DNA from: an uncultured Flavobacteriales bacterium
Lineage (GTDB): Bacteria; Bacteroidota; Bacteroidia; Flavobacteriales; BACL11
Assembly: GCA_905478555.1 (NCBI GenBank)
Contig: CAJQIZ010000009.1
Coordinates: 53,247 to 117,246, forward strand
Length of the DNA stretch: 64,000 nt
Direction of reading: 5' to 3'
Shown here: in pieces, positions 52,425 through 63,183 of the stretch
How positions within the stretch are numbered: position 1 is the first letter of the stretch
How the letters are laid out: each line of letters begins with the position of its first letter
The notes under the pieces: generated by a model
The model's input: only the letters and a program-made list of their open reading frames with translations
What the model was told of the DNA's origin: nothing
Database searches by the model: none
Translations under genes and position numbers: made by a program

Positions 52425-53353
52425 AAATTCTTTTTATTGATAGCACTCATACTCTTTTAAAAAAAAATCTAGAAAAACAAAAGCATAGTTGTGACACAGC
52501 ATATCACAAAAGTAAAGAAGAAATAGAGAAAACAATCTCTAATTATGAAGGGATAATTATTAGAAGCAGATTTGAAATTGATCAAACATTTATAGATAAA
52601 GCAAAAAACTTAAAGTTTATTGCTCGTGCTGGATCTGGACTAGAAAATATTGATGTAGAATATGCTAGCAGTAAGAACATAAAATGCTACAATGCTGCTG
52701 AAGGGAACCGACAAGCAGTTGCAGAGTACGCTATTGCAATGATACTTTCGTTATTTAATAATTTAAATATTTCAGATAAAGAAGTTAGAGAAGGAAAATG
52801 GAATAGAGAAAAAAATAGAGGATTAGAACTACAAGGAAAAACAGTAGCAATAATTGGATTTGGAAATAATGGATCGGCATTTTCAAATGTGTTAAAAGGA
52901 TTTGGAGTCACTATATTGGCTTACGACAAATACCTACAAAACTACGCGCATAAAAGTAGTATGAAGGATATCTTTAAACAAGCAGATATTATCAGTTTAC
53001 ACATCCCGCTAACAGAAGAAACAACTTATTTAATAGATGAACATTTCTTAAATAATTTTGAAAAAGACATCTATTTAATAAATACTGCAAGAGGAAAATG
53101 TGCAAATACTAAAAGTATTGTTACCGCACTTAAAAGTGGTAAATTGAAAGGAGCTTGTTTGGATGTATTAGAATATGAAAAAACATCTTTTGAAAACTTA
53201 AGTGAAAATGGTTTTACAACAGAAATGCAATACTTAATAGATAGTGAAAAAACTATCCTATCCCCTCATATTGCAGGATGGACTAAAGAAAGTAATATTA
53301 AAATTGTTGAATTATTACTCGGAAAAATTACTTCTGATTTTCCTCAACAATAG
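52421..53353 (+). CDS. D-isomer-specific 2-hydroxyacid dehydrogenase (SerA-like)
   Basis: RAGSGLENID, GFGNNG, NTARG, LDVLEYE, SPHIAG. Confidence 0.92.
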   Translation: MKILFIDSTHTLLKKNLEKQKHSCDTAYHKSKEEIEKTISNYEGIIIRSRFEIDQTFIDKAKNLKFIARAGSGLENIDVEYASSKNIKCYNAAEGNRQAVAEYAIAMILSLFNNLNISDKEVREGKWNREKNRGLELQGKTVAIIGFGNNGSAFSNVLKGFGVTILAYDKYLQNYAHKSSMKDIFKQADIISLHIPLTEETTYLIDEHFLNNFEKDIYLINTARGKCANTKSIVTALKSGKLKGACLDVLEYEKTSFENLSENGFTTEMQYLIDSEKTILSPHIAGWTKESNIKIVELLLGKITSDFPQQ

Positions 53354-55106
53354 AGTTAATCTCTAATTCCATTTTTTGCATTCTTTCCATTGCGTCATTT
53401 AAAGAATTTAAAGCACTCTTTTTAACACTACTAAAAGTAGTTCCAACCGAATTAAACATCTTTTGGTAATATGCAATTCCCTCATTCATATTTGTAGTAA
53501 AAGCATTTAAATATCTTGGAGATTTTCTACTCCAATCTTTTTTATGTTCTTCAATTTTTTCTGAAAGATATTTCAAATACATTCCTAATTCATTCACAAA
53601 CATATTTGGTCTGTCAACACGAACTACACCTTCATCCGCATTATAAATATGATGAGACATATCTTGCAAAGAAAGTTCCTGATTAAAGTAAGCCATATTT
53701 GGTCCCGGACAAATTGAAACTCCAAAACTTTCACGAGTATTTAAACCATAATTAATCACTGCAGTTGCCGCTAATCCCATACACAGACAAGTTTTATCAG
53801 TAATAGAATCTGAAATTCCTTGTTCATCAATTTTATTTTTCTGAAATAAACGAGAAGCGGTACAAACACCTTCTGTTCCATATTCATTACTTAAGGCTAA
53901 AAACTTTCTAGGACACGGACTCCCTGGTTTTCCATCTTTAATTTTCTGTTCCTTCTCTACATCTTTTGACGAATCTCTTAAATTATTAAAAGGAACACCA
54001 AGAGGAGAAACATTACTTAAATATAAATCTTTTTCTTTTGCATCTTGCAATTGCTTTCTAGTTGCAGCATCTACAGTTGTTGCTTCAGGAACTAATAAAA
54101 ATGGAGTTCCCCAACCAACCGTATCTAACTTATAATGATTAATTAAGAAGTTATGTTCTTCAGAAGTTGCTACACCACCTTGTGCAGTAATCGTAATTTT
54201 TAAAGTTTCATTAGGAACTACCCTTCCGTTTGCTTCTAAAGCAGGTTTACATACTGCATAAATATCATCAATTAATTCTTTTCTTCTATCTCTGAATTCT
54301 GCTAAGATAGGACCCATTAAATAACCATCTGTTGCAAAGGCATGTCCACCGCAATTTAATCCAGACTCAATTCTATATTCCGAAATCCAAAGTCCTTTTT
54401 TTGCTAAAAACTTACCTTGTATAATTGCAGATCTATAATCGGATACTTTTAAAACTATTTTCTTTTTTATATTTCCATTTACATCTGGAAAAAAATCATC
54501 AAAATGAGCAATATAACCATACAGTCTAGGATTCATTCCTGCAGAAAATATAACTGAAGACTCTAAATCTGAATTAGCATATCCTCTAAGTCCCGCGTGA
54601 GCATCATTATATTCTGAAGGTAACTCCTCTTTCTTAAAATAATTAGTTTTATCTACTTTAGTCATTATATTAACATCTACACTACCAAAAGATAAATTAT
54701 CTTTTAACCATGTGGATAAATCTTCAAACTTAAAAGTATCAGAAATTATTTTATTAAACTCTTTCTTCACAGAAGCGGTATCAGGAAGCATCTCAAAATA
54801 TTTCTTTACCTCATCAAATTTATCAGAAGTAGAAGTGGTAAAGTCGTCAAATTTATTAGACACTAAAACATGTACCATATTTAGATAAGCTGTAATCCTA
54901 TCAGCACGATAATCTTTAGAATTATTCTTAATTTCTTCATAGCTAATATTATTTAAATCAGAATAGTACTTTCTTAATCTTTCTAAAAGAACATCATCCG
55001 CTAAAGCTATTACAGTACTAATTCCATAATGGGCTACTTTTAAAGGAGAATCAGCTGTAAAAGCAGTTCCCATAACAGGAATATGAAAAGTATGATGTGA
55101 ACTCAT
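53328..55106 (-). CDS. Hypothetical protein; predicted FMN-dependent oxidoreductase (NMO/FabK/FabX-like) with Cys cluster
   Basis: 592-aa ORF with own TATATTTG promoter; motifs PVMG, VNIM, FSAG, ESGLNCGGH, AQGGV, GWGTPF, SPLG and C-terminal Cys set. The ORF is solid, the function is inferred. Confidence 0.6.
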   Translation of the reverse strand: MSSHHTFHIPVMGTAFTADSPLKVAHYGISTVIALADDVLLERLRKYYSDLNNISYEEIKNNSKDYRADRITAYLNMVHVLVSNKFDDFTTSTSDKFDEVKKYFEMLPDTASVKKEFNKIISDTFKFEDLSTWLKDNLSFGSVDVNIMTKVDKTNYFKKEELPSEYNDAHAGLRGYANSDLESSVIFSAGMNPRLYGYIAHFDDFFPDVNGNIKKKIVLKVSDYRSAIIQGKFLAKKGLWISEYRIESGLNCGGHAFATDGYLMGPILAEFRDRRKELIDDIYAVCKPALEANGRVVPNETLKITITAQGGVATSEEHNFLINHYKLDTVGWGTPFLLVPEATTVDAATRKQLQDAKEKDLYLSNVSPLGVPFNNLRDSSKDVEKEQKIKDGKPGSPCPRKFLALSNEYGTEGVCTASRLFQKNKIDEQGISDSITDKTCLCMGLAATAVINYGLNTRESFGVSICPGPNMAYFNQELSLQDMSHHIYNADEGVVRVDRPNMFVNELGMYLKYLSEKIEEHKKDWSRKSPRYLNAFTTNMNEGIAYYQKMFNSVGTTFSSVKKSALNSLNDAMERMQKMELEINSIVEENQK

Positions 55107-55222
55107 ATAATTAATTTAAGGTGTGCAAATATACGCCTTGAGCACTTACAAATTACATTAGAATAAAGTATTTAACTTTTTACCATAAAAAATACGATAT
55201 TTGCCATCACAAAACAAATGCA

Positions 55223-56419
55223 ATGAAAATAGCACTTTTAACTTCAGGAGGTATCGCTCCTTGTCTATCTACTTCATTAGGAAAATTAACAGAAAATTAT
55301 TTAAATAATTATCCAGAAGCAGAAATTATTGGTTATTTAAATGGTTATAAAGGTCTATTATTAGGAAACTCCATATCCTTCCCTAAATCTTTAAAAAACA
55401 ACATACAAAATATCTATAATTTTGGAGGTAGCCCAATAGGAAATAGTAGAGTAAAACTAACCAATGTAGAGGATTGTATAAAAAAAGGATACATAAAAGA
55501 AGGGGAAATACCACTAGAATTAGCCGCAAAACAATTAGTGAAGGACGGGGTGACTATTTTACATACTATCGGAGGGGACGATACTAACACTACAGCTGCC
55601 GACCTATCTAATTATTTAAAAGATAATAACTATAACTTAACCGTTGTTGGCTTACCAAAAACAATTGACAATGATGTATTTCCTATAACACAAACTCTTG
55701 GAGCTTGGACTGCTGCGGAACAAGGAGCTATATTTTTTGAAAATATTGTAAATGAGAATACCACTTCCGACAGACAACTGATAATTCATGAAGTAATGGG
55801 CAGACATTGTGGATGGCTAACTGCAGCCACTGCTTTAGAATATAGAAAAAGATTAAATGAAAGAAAATTCATTCCACAAATAGGAATTACTAAAGAAAAA
55901 TGGGACATACATTGTATATTATTACCAGAAGAAGAAATTGATTTTGACAAAGAATGTAAACGATTAAATAGAATTATGGACACACACGATTGTGTAAATA
56001 TATTTTTAAGTGAAGGATCGGGAATGAGAACTATAATCTCAGAAACCGAGAAAAGTGGAGAAACGGTATTAAGAGATGCATTTGGTCATGTAAGATTAGA
56101 TGAATTAAATCCAGGACAGTGGTTTGCAAAACAATTTTCAATACGATTAAAAGCAAATAAAGTGCTAGTACAAAAAAGCGGATATTTTTCTAGATCTGCA
56201 AAGTCAAACTCTGCAGATTTGGAATTAATATCGGAGTGTGCTAACTATGCTGTTACCTCTGCAACTAATGGAATCAGTGGAGTTGTAGGATGGGATGAGG
56301 ATAATAATAATCAATTAAGTTGTATTGACTTTAATAGGATTAAAGGGGGAAAATTATTCGACACTTCCTTAGATTGGTACCAAAATATGATGAAAGAGAT
56401 AAACGAAATTGAAAAATAA
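55223..56419 (+). CDS. pfp: Pyrophosphate-dependent phosphofructokinase
   Basis: TSGG, GGDD (Asp indicates PPi donor), PKTIDND, EVMGR. Confidence 0.9.
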   Translation: MKIALLTSGGIAPCLSTSLGKLTENYLNNYPEAEIIGYLNGYKGLLLGNSISFPKSLKNNIQNIYNFGGSPIGNSRVKLTNVEDCIKKGYIKEGEIPLELAAKQLVKDGVTILHTIGGDDTNTTAADLSNYLKDNNYNLTVVGLPKTIDNDVFPITQTLGAWTAAEQGAIFFENIVNENTTSDRQLIIHEVMGRHCGWLTAATALEYRKRLNERKFIPQIGITKEKWDIHCILLPEEEIDFDKECKRLNRIMDTHDCVNIFLSEGSGMRTIISETEKSGETVLRDAFGHVRLDELNPGQWFAKQFSIRLKANKVLVQKSGYFSRSAKSNSADLELISECANYAVTSATNGISGVVGWDEDNNNQLSCIDFNRIKGGKLFDTSLDWYQNMMKEINEIEK

Positions 56420-59400
56420 ATCTCTACTAAAAATATTCCCACAATCGGTTTTCAACCATCAGATTTCGGAGCGACTTAAAGAAGGGAATTGTAAAATACA
56501 GTTAAATAACTTCATAGGTTCTAGTAAAGCAATATTAGCGGCAAGTATCATTAAAAAATCTAAATCTCCACAACTTTTTATTCTAAATGACAAAGAGTCT
56601 GCTACTTATTTTATAAATGATTTAGAGAACCTCTTAGATCATGAAGTTTTCTTTTATCCGGCTTCATACAGAAGAGCCTACCAAATTGAAGAAACAGACA
56701 ACTCTAACATCCTTTTACGAGCAGAAGTATTAAACAAACTGAATAATAAAAGGAATTCTATTATTGTAAGTTACCCTCAAGCAATTTTTGAAAAGGTAGT
56801 AAGTAGAAGAGCATTAAAGAAACAAACTATTACACTTTCTGTATCTGATATACATCACCCAGATTTATTGGAAGAAATTTTTATAAAGAATAACTTTACA
56901 AGAACTGACTTTGTTATCGATCCTGGTCAATTCTCAATTAGAGGAGGTATAGTAGATGTATTTTCTTTTGCAGATGAATACCCCTTCCGAATAGAGTTTT
57001 TTGATGATGAAATAGAAAGTATACGAACCTTCAATATTAACACTCAACTTTCGGTAGAGAAAAGAAAGAAGATTTCTATAATACCTAATACTGAAGCAAA
57101 AAAAATTGAAGAGAGACAAGTAAGTATTTTAGAATATTTACCACAAAGTAGTACTATTTGGATGGAAGATTCCTTACATACTATTGGGATTCTAGAACAA
57201 AATTTTGACAAAGCAATACAAGAATTCAGAAGGAAAGATGAAGATAACACAATAACACACCTTTCTCCAGAAAAAATATTCACAAATGGTAGTGAGTTCT
57301 CCAATCAGTTAGATGAATTTAGAGTAATTGAATTTGGAAACAACTCTGTTTTCAACCCTGAAACAAAAATAAAATCTGATTCAGAACCCTTAACGGTCAT
57401 CAATAAGAAATTTGATCTACTATTTTCAGATCTCTTAAAGAACCAAAAAAAGAATTACAAAAATATTATTCTTTGTTCTTCCGATCAGCAAGAAGAGCGA
57501 TTTAATCAGATATTAGAAAACTCGAAGGATGAGATAATTTACAGCATTTTAGTAACTAGCATAAGAGAAGGTTTTATTGATCACGACAATAAAATTGCAG
57601 TTTACACTGACCATCAAATTTTCAATAGACACCATAGGTTCAAATCTAAAACTAAATTTACTAACAAAAAATCTATTACCCTAAAACAACTTACTAATTT
57701 ACAAATTGGTGATTTTATAACACATATTGACCATGGTGTAGGTGAGTTTGCTGGACTACATAAAATTGATAATAATGGGAAAAAACAAGAGAGTATAAAA
57801 CTGATTTATAAAGGAGGAGATTTACTGTACCTCAGTGTTCATTCTTTACATAAAATATCAAAATTTTCAGGAAAAGAAGGTCATAAACCTAATATAAATA
57901 AGTTAGGAGGAACAAAATGGCAAACTACAAAGAGTAAAACAAAAAGCAGGATAAAAACCATAGCTTTTAATCTAATCAAACTATACGCAAAACGAAAAAC
58001 GGTAAAAGGCTTTTCCTATTCTCCTGATTCCTATTTACAACATGAATTAGAAGCATCTTTCATGTGGGAAGATACACCGGATCAAAATACTGCAACTATA
58101 TCTATAAAAGAAGATATGGAAAAAGAAACTCCAATGGATAGATTGATTTGTGGAGATGTAGGATTTGGAAAAACAGAACTTGCAGTAAGAGCAGCATTTA
58201 AGGCGGTAGCAGACAATAAACAAGTAGCAATATTGGTTCCTACAACAATTTTAGCACTTCAACATTATAAAACTTTTAAAAGCAGATTAAAAGATTTTCC
58301 ATGTCAAGTAGACTACATTAATCGATTTAAAACTCCAAAACAACAAAAAGAAACTCTTAGTACATTAGAGGAGGGGAAAATTGATATACTTATTGGTACT
58401 CACCGAATAGTTGGGAAAGATATAAATTTTAAAGATTTAGGATTATTAATAGTTGATGAGGAACAGAAATTTGGTGTAAACATAAAAGATAAGCTAAAAA
58501 ACTTTAAAGAAAATGTAGATATTTTAACCTTATCTGCTACTCCTATACCACGAACTTTACAATTTTCATTACTAGGAGCAAGAGATTTGTCAGTAATTAA
58601 CACACCTCCACCAAACAGAATTGCTATTGACACAGAAATAATACAGTTTAATGAAGAAATAATTAGAGACGCAATACAGTACGAAATATCAAGAAACGGA
58701 CAAGTGTTTTTCATCCATAACAGAATAGATAACATAAAAGAAGTAGCCGGAATGATACAACGACTAGTGCCAAATGCAAAAGTAAGAATTGGACATGGTC
58801 AACTAGGAGGAAAATTATTAGAAGAATTAATGTTAGGATTTATTGAAGGCGATTATGATGTATTAGTATCTACTACTATTGTAGAAAATGGTGTAGATGT
58901 ACCAAATGCAAATACTATATTAATCAACAATGCAAATAATTTCGGACTTTCTGACCTTCATCAAATGAGAGGAAGAGTAGGAAGGTCAAATAAGCAAGCG
59001 TTTTGCTACTTAATTAGTCCTCCATCCCACCAACTTTCGGACGATTCTAGAAAGAGATTAAAAGCCTTAGAACAATTTTCTAATTTAGGAAGTGGATTTA
59101 GTATCGCTATGCGAGATTTAGACATAAGAGGTGCAGGGGACTTACTTGGTGCCGACCAAAGTGGATTTATAAATGAGATAGGATTTGAGATGTATCAAAA
59201 AATACTAAATGAAGCAGTAGAGGAGTTAAAACAAGAGAAATTTAAAGAATTATTTAATGAAGAAAAGGAACAATACTTTATTAAAGATTGTCAAATTGAT
59301 ACCGATTTAGAAATACTAATTCCTGATACTTATATTTCGAATATTGAAGAAAGATTAAATATTTATAAAGAATTAAACTCCCTAAAGAATGAGGAAGCAT

Positions 59401-59732
59401 TAACCCTATTTCAGAATAACCTAGAAGATAGATTCGGTACAATACCCGCTTCTGTATCAGATTTAATATCGAGCATGAAACTGAAATGGATTGCAAAAAA
59501 AATAGGGTTTGAAAGATTGTTATTAAAAAATGGACAGATGAGAGCTTATTTTACAACAAAATCCGCTTCTTTATACTTCGAGTCAGATGTTTTTGGAAAA
59601 ATATTAGAATACTTAAAACACAACTTTACTACATGTAGTATGAAAGAAAAAAACAATAAACTTTCTTTAGTAATCTCAGAAGTAAATTCAGCAACTAAAG
59701 CAATTGAAATCTGTAAAAAAATACTTTACTAA
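56409..59732 (+). CDS. mfd: Transcription-repair coupling factor
   Basis: UvrB-like RGGIVD, RID HIDHGVG, GDVGFGKT, DEEQ, QMRGRVGR, TRCF C-terminus. Confidence 0.97.
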   Translation: MKNKSLLKIFPQSVFNHQISERLKEGNCKIQLNNFIGSSKAILAASIIKKSKSPQLFILNDKESATYFINDLENLLDHEVFFYPASYRRAYQIEETDNSNILLRAEVLNKLNNKRNSIIVSYPQAIFEKVVSRRALKKQTITLSVSDIHHPDLLEEIFIKNNFTRTDFVIDPGQFSIRGGIVDVFSFADEYPFRIEFFDDEIESIRTFNINTQLSVEKRKKISIIPNTEAKKIEERQVSILEYLPQSSTIWMEDSLHTIGILEQNFDKAIQEFRRKDEDNTITHLSPEKIFTNGSEFSNQLDEFRVIEFGNNSVFNPETKIKSDSEPLTVINKKFDLLFSDLLKNQKKNYKNIILCSSDQQEERFNQILENSKDEIIYSILVTSIREGFIDHDNKIAVYTDHQIFNRHHRFKSKTKFTNKKSITLKQLTNLQIGDFITHIDHGVGEFAGLHKIDNNGKKQESIKLIYKGGDLLYLSVHSLHKISKFSGKEGHKPNINKLGGTKWQTTKSKTKSRIKTIAFNLIKLYAKRKTVKGFSYSPDSYLQHELEASFMWEDTPDQNTATISIKEDMEKETPMDRLICGDVGFGKTELAVRAAFKAVADNKQVAILVPTTILALQHYKTFKSRLKDFPCQVDYINRFKTPKQQKETLSTLEEGKIDILIGTHRIVGKDINFKDLGLLIVDEEQKFGVNIKDKLKNFKENVDILTLSATPIPRTLQFSLLGARDLSVINTPPPNRIAIDTEIIQFNEEIIRDAIQYEISRNGQVFFIHNRIDNIKEVAGMIQRLVPNAKVRIGHGQLGGKLLEELMLGFIEGDYDVLVSTTIVENGVDVPNANTILINNANNFGLSDLHQMRGRVGRSNKQAFCYLISPPSHQLSDDSRKRLKALEQFSNLGSGFSIAMRDLDIRGAGDLLGADQSGFINEIGFEMYQKILNEAVEELKQEKFKELFNEEKEQYFIKDCQIDTDLEILIPDTYISNIEERLNIYKELNSLKNEEALTLFQNNLEDRFGTIPASVSDLISSMKLKWIAKKIGFERLLLKNGQMRAYFTTKSASLYFESDVFGKILEYLKHNFTTCSMKEKNNKLSLVISEVNSATKAIEICKKILY

Positions 59733-59844
59733 GTAAGTCCTTTTTATAGTTTTAAAAGTTATTAACACATTATATATTCTCTTTCTAATCACTTTCAAAT
59801 CCTATAGGATTTAAGTAAAATTGCAATACTAACTCATATTTTAA

Positions 59845-61365
59845 ATGTCAGAAAAAAGAATCATTAAAAACGCACTAATTTCCGTATTCCATAAAGATGG
59901 ACTCGGGCCAATTGTACAACAATTAAATCAACTAGGAATAGAAATATATTCTACAGGTGGCACACAAAGATTTATAGAAGAAGAGGGAATAAAGGTAAAT
60001 AGAGTAGAAGATCTAACTTGTTACCCATCTATTTTGGGAGGAAGAGTAAAAACTTTACACCCAAATGTATTCGGAGGTATATTATCAAGAAGAGAATTAG
60101 AGTCTGATAAAGAACAGTTAAATCAATATAATATTCCAGAATTTGATTTAGTAATTGTAGACTTATACCCTTTTGAAAAAACAGTTTTATCAGGAGCTTC
60201 TGAACAAAATATTATTGAAAAAATAGATATAGGAGGAATTTCATTAATAAGAGCAGCAGCTAAAAACTTTAAAGATGTTTTAATTGTATCTGAAAGGAGT
60301 CAATACTCAGAAGTACTTTCTATTTTAGAAAATGGAAAGAGAGATACAGACTTAAATACAAGAAAGAAATTTGCTGGAAAAGCATTTAATATTTCATCTC
60401 ATTACGACACAGCTATCTTCAATTATTTTAATGAAGAAGAGATTGTTTTCAAACAATCTGTAGTAGAAAATAAAACCTTAAGATATGGTGAAAACCCTCA
60501 TCAGAAAGGAGTGTTTTTCGGGAACCTATCTGAAATTTTTGATCAATTACATGGTAAAGAATTATCCTATAATAATTTATTAGATGTTGACGCAGCAGTA
60601 AGTCTACTTTCCGAATTTGAAGAAACTACATTTATTGTAATGAAACACAATAATGCATGTGGAATTGCCAGTAGAAATACTTTAGTAGATAGTTGGAAAG
60701 ATGCTCTAGAAGCAGATCCTGTATCTGCTTTTGGTGGAGTACTTATCACTAATCAAGAGGTAGACCGTACTACTGCTGAAGAAATAAATAAAATATTTTT
60801 TGAAGTCATTATCGCTCCTTCATACAGTAAAGATGCTTTAGAAATTTTAAAATCGAAAAAGAATAGAGTTATCTTAATACAAAAGGAAGTTATATTACCT
60901 AAATCTCAATTCAGAACGGTATTAAACGGAGTATTATCTCAAGATAAAGATCTACAAACAGATCAAATTTCTGACATGAAAACGGTCACTACTCTTTCTC
61001 CAACAGAAAAAGAACTTTTAGATTTAAAATTTGCTTCTAAAGTTTGTAAACATACAAAATCAAATACTATTGTTTTTGTTAAAAATAAACAACTATTATC
61101 TAGTGGAGTAGGACAAACCTCAAGAGTAGACGCATTAAAACAAGCAATAACAAAAGCAAAAAACTTTAATTTTGATTTAAATGGGGCGGTTATGGCATCA
61201 GATGCATTTTTTCCTTTTCCTGATTGTGTAGAGATAGCCGACAACGAAGGAGTGAAATGTGTAATTCAACCTGGAGGGTCAATAAAAGATAATTTATCGA
61301 TTGATTACTGCAATAATAATGAAATGAAAATGGTTATAACTGGATATAGACACTTTAAACACTAA
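59845..61365 (+). CDS. purH: Bifunctional AICAR transformylase/IMP cyclohydrolase
   Basis: GRVKTLHP, IDIGG, RYGENPHQ, KHNNACG, SDAFFPF, RHFKH. Confidence 0.98.
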   Translation: MSEKRIIKNALISVFHKDGLGPIVQQLNQLGIEIYSTGGTQRFIEEEGIKVNRVEDLTCYPSILGGRVKTLHPNVFGGILSRRELESDKEQLNQYNIPEFDLVIVDLYPFEKTVLSGASEQNIIEKIDIGGISLIRAAAKNFKDVLIVSERSQYSEVLSILENGKRDTDLNTRKKFAGKAFNISSHYDTAIFNYFNEEEIVFKQSVVENKTLRYGENPHQKGVFFGNLSEIFDQLHGKELSYNNLLDVDAAVSLLSEFEETTFIVMKHNNACGIASRNTLVDSWKDALEADPVSAFGGVLITNQEVDRTTAEEINKIFFEVIIAPSYSKDALEILKSKKNRVILIQKEVILPKSQFRTVLNGVLSQDKDLQTDQISDMKTVTTLSPTEKELLDLKFASKVCKHTKSNTIVFVKNKQLLSSGVGQTSRVDALKQAITKAKNFNFDLNGAVMASDAFFPFPDCVEIADNEGVKCVIQPGGSIKDNLSIDYCNNNEMKMVITGYRHFKH

Positions 61366-61375
61366 AAAAGAAAAT

Positions 61376-62398
61376 ATGGGATTTTTTGACTTCATGGTAG
61401 AATCTATTGCTATTGATTTAGGAACAGCAAACACACTAATTATTCATAACGATAAGGTTGTAGTAGACGAACCATCAATTGTCGCCAAAGATGTTAAGAC
61501 TGGTGAAGTTATTGCATTTGGAAAGAGAGCTCGACAAATGCATGGAAGAGCACATAGAGGGATTAGAACTATCCGTCCTTTAAAAGATGGAGTAATTGCT
61601 GATTTCCATTCTGCAGAACAGATGATTAGAGGCTTTATCAACATGATTAATAGACCAAAAACTATTTTCCCTGTACAATTAAAGATGGTAATCTGTATCC
61701 CTTCTGGGATAACTGAAGTAGAAAAAAGAGCTGTAATGGATTCTGCAGAACACGCAGGAGCAAAGGAAGTATGGTTAATACATGAACCAATGGCAGCTGC
61801 CATTGGTATTGGTATTGATGTGATGGAACCAGAAGGAAATATGGTTATTGATATTGGAGGTGGAACAACTGAAATTGCTGTAATATCACTTGGAGGAATT
61901 GTAACAGATAAATCTATTAAGGTAGCAGGAGATGAGTTCACGAATAACATCCAGAACTACATGAAGACTAGATACAATATTGCAATTGGAGATAATATGG
62001 CTGAGAAAATAAAAATCCAAGTTGGTTCTGCATTAACAGAACTAGAAGACCCACCACCCAACTTTGCAGTACACGGTAGAGATCTAATGAATGGAATACC
62101 AAAAGAAGTAGTAGTAACTTACAAAGAAATCGCAAACGCTCTAAATAATTCTATTGAACAAATTGAGGCTGCAATTATGAATGCATTATTCACTACACCC
62201 CCAGCTTTATCTGCAGACATCTACAACACAGGACTGTTCCTTACAGGAGGGGGAGGAATGTTGAGAGGGCTAGATAAGAGAATTTCATTAAAAACAAAAC
62301 TACCTGTTTATGTTGCTGAAGACCCTTTAAGAGCCGTAGCTAGAGGAACAGGAATTGCATTAAAAAATACATCTGGATATTCATTTCTTATTCAGTAA
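61376..62398 (+). CDS. mreB: Rod shape-determining protein MreB
   Basis: DLGTANT, EPMAAAIG, DIGGGTT, TGGG. Confidence 0.98.
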   Translation: MGFFDFMVESIAIDLGTANTLIIHNDKVVVDEPSIVAKDVKTGEVIAFGKRARQMHGRAHRGIRTIRPLKDGVIADFHSAEQMIRGFINMINRPKTIFPVQLKMVICIPSGITEVEKRAVMDSAEHAGAKEVWLIHEPMAAAIGIGIDVMEPEGNMVIDIGGGTTEIAVISLGGIVTDKSIKVAGDEFTNNIQNYMKTRYNIAIGDNMAEKIKIQVGSALTELEDPPPNFAVHGRDLMNGIPKEVVVTYKEIANALNNSIEQIEAAIMNALFTTPPALSADIYNTGLFLTGGGGMLRGLDKRISLKTKLPVYVAEDPLRAVARGTGIALKNTSGYSFLIQ

Positions 62399-62406
62399 CA
62401 TAAATA

Positions 62407-63183
62407 ATGAGAAATTTATTTCGATTTATTAAAGTATATCATTTTATTCTATTATTTATTTTGATAGAAAGTCTCTCATTGTATATTTATATGTCTAATC
62501 ATAAATTTCAAGAAAGTAGATTCTTATCGTTCACACAAGAATATACGGGAGCTATTTACTCTCATTATTCTAATGCAAATCAATATATAAACCTGAAGGA
62601 TGAAAACAACTACTTAAAAAGAGAAAATGCAAAACTATACACTCTATTAAGTAAAGAAGAATATAACGCTAATACAGAATTACAATCCTATATTACTTCC
62701 AGAATAATTAAAAACTCTATCTTTAAAAGTGATAATTTTATTATCATTAATAAAGGAGAAAAAGATGGAATACAAATCGGAATGGGAGTCACAGTACATC
62801 AGGGAGTTATAGGTAGAGTACATAGTACTTCTGAAAACTACTCTAAGGTTATTTCTATATTAAATCAAAAATCATCAGTAAGTATTTCTCATGTGAAAAG
62901 TGGACAGAATGGATCATTAAAATGGGATGGAATTAATTATATGTATGCAAAAATTAAAGATATACCTAACCATGCTGAAATAAGTATTGGAGACACTATT
63001 TGCACGAATGGATTTAGCGATACTTATCCTAATGGAATTAGTATAGGGACCGTTTCATCTTTCCAAAAAGGGAACGAAAATGGACTATACAATATAACTG
63101 TGAAGTTTATAAATGACATGAATTCTGTTTCTGATATTTACATCATTAAAAACTTACATATACAAGAAATAGAATCATTATAA
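62407..63183 (+). CDS. mreC: Rod shape-determining protein MreC
   Basis: TM, coiled coil ENNYLKRENA, INKG..GI, GVIGRV; follows mreB. Confidence 0.94.
   Translation: MRNLFRFIKVYHFILLFILIESLSLYIYMSNHKFQESRFLSFTQEYTGAIYSHYSNANQYINLKDENNYLKRENAKLYTLLSKEEYNANTELQSYITSRIIKNSIFKSDNFIIINKGEKDGIQIGMGVTVHQGVIGRVHSTSENYSKVISILNQKSSVSISHVKSGQNGSLKWDGINYMYAKIKDIPNHAEISIGDTICTNGFSDTYPNGISIGTVSSFQKGNENGLYNITVKFINDMNSVSDIYIIKNLHIQEIESL

Noticed and set aside
2866-61950. Many 60-170 aa ORF-track entries overlapping real genes (e.g. 4953-5297, 19488-19844, 22035-22400, 39434-39730, 51866-52357, 61444-61950)
   Set aside because: Antisense or alternate-frame shadows of well-supported genes with no recognisable motifs.
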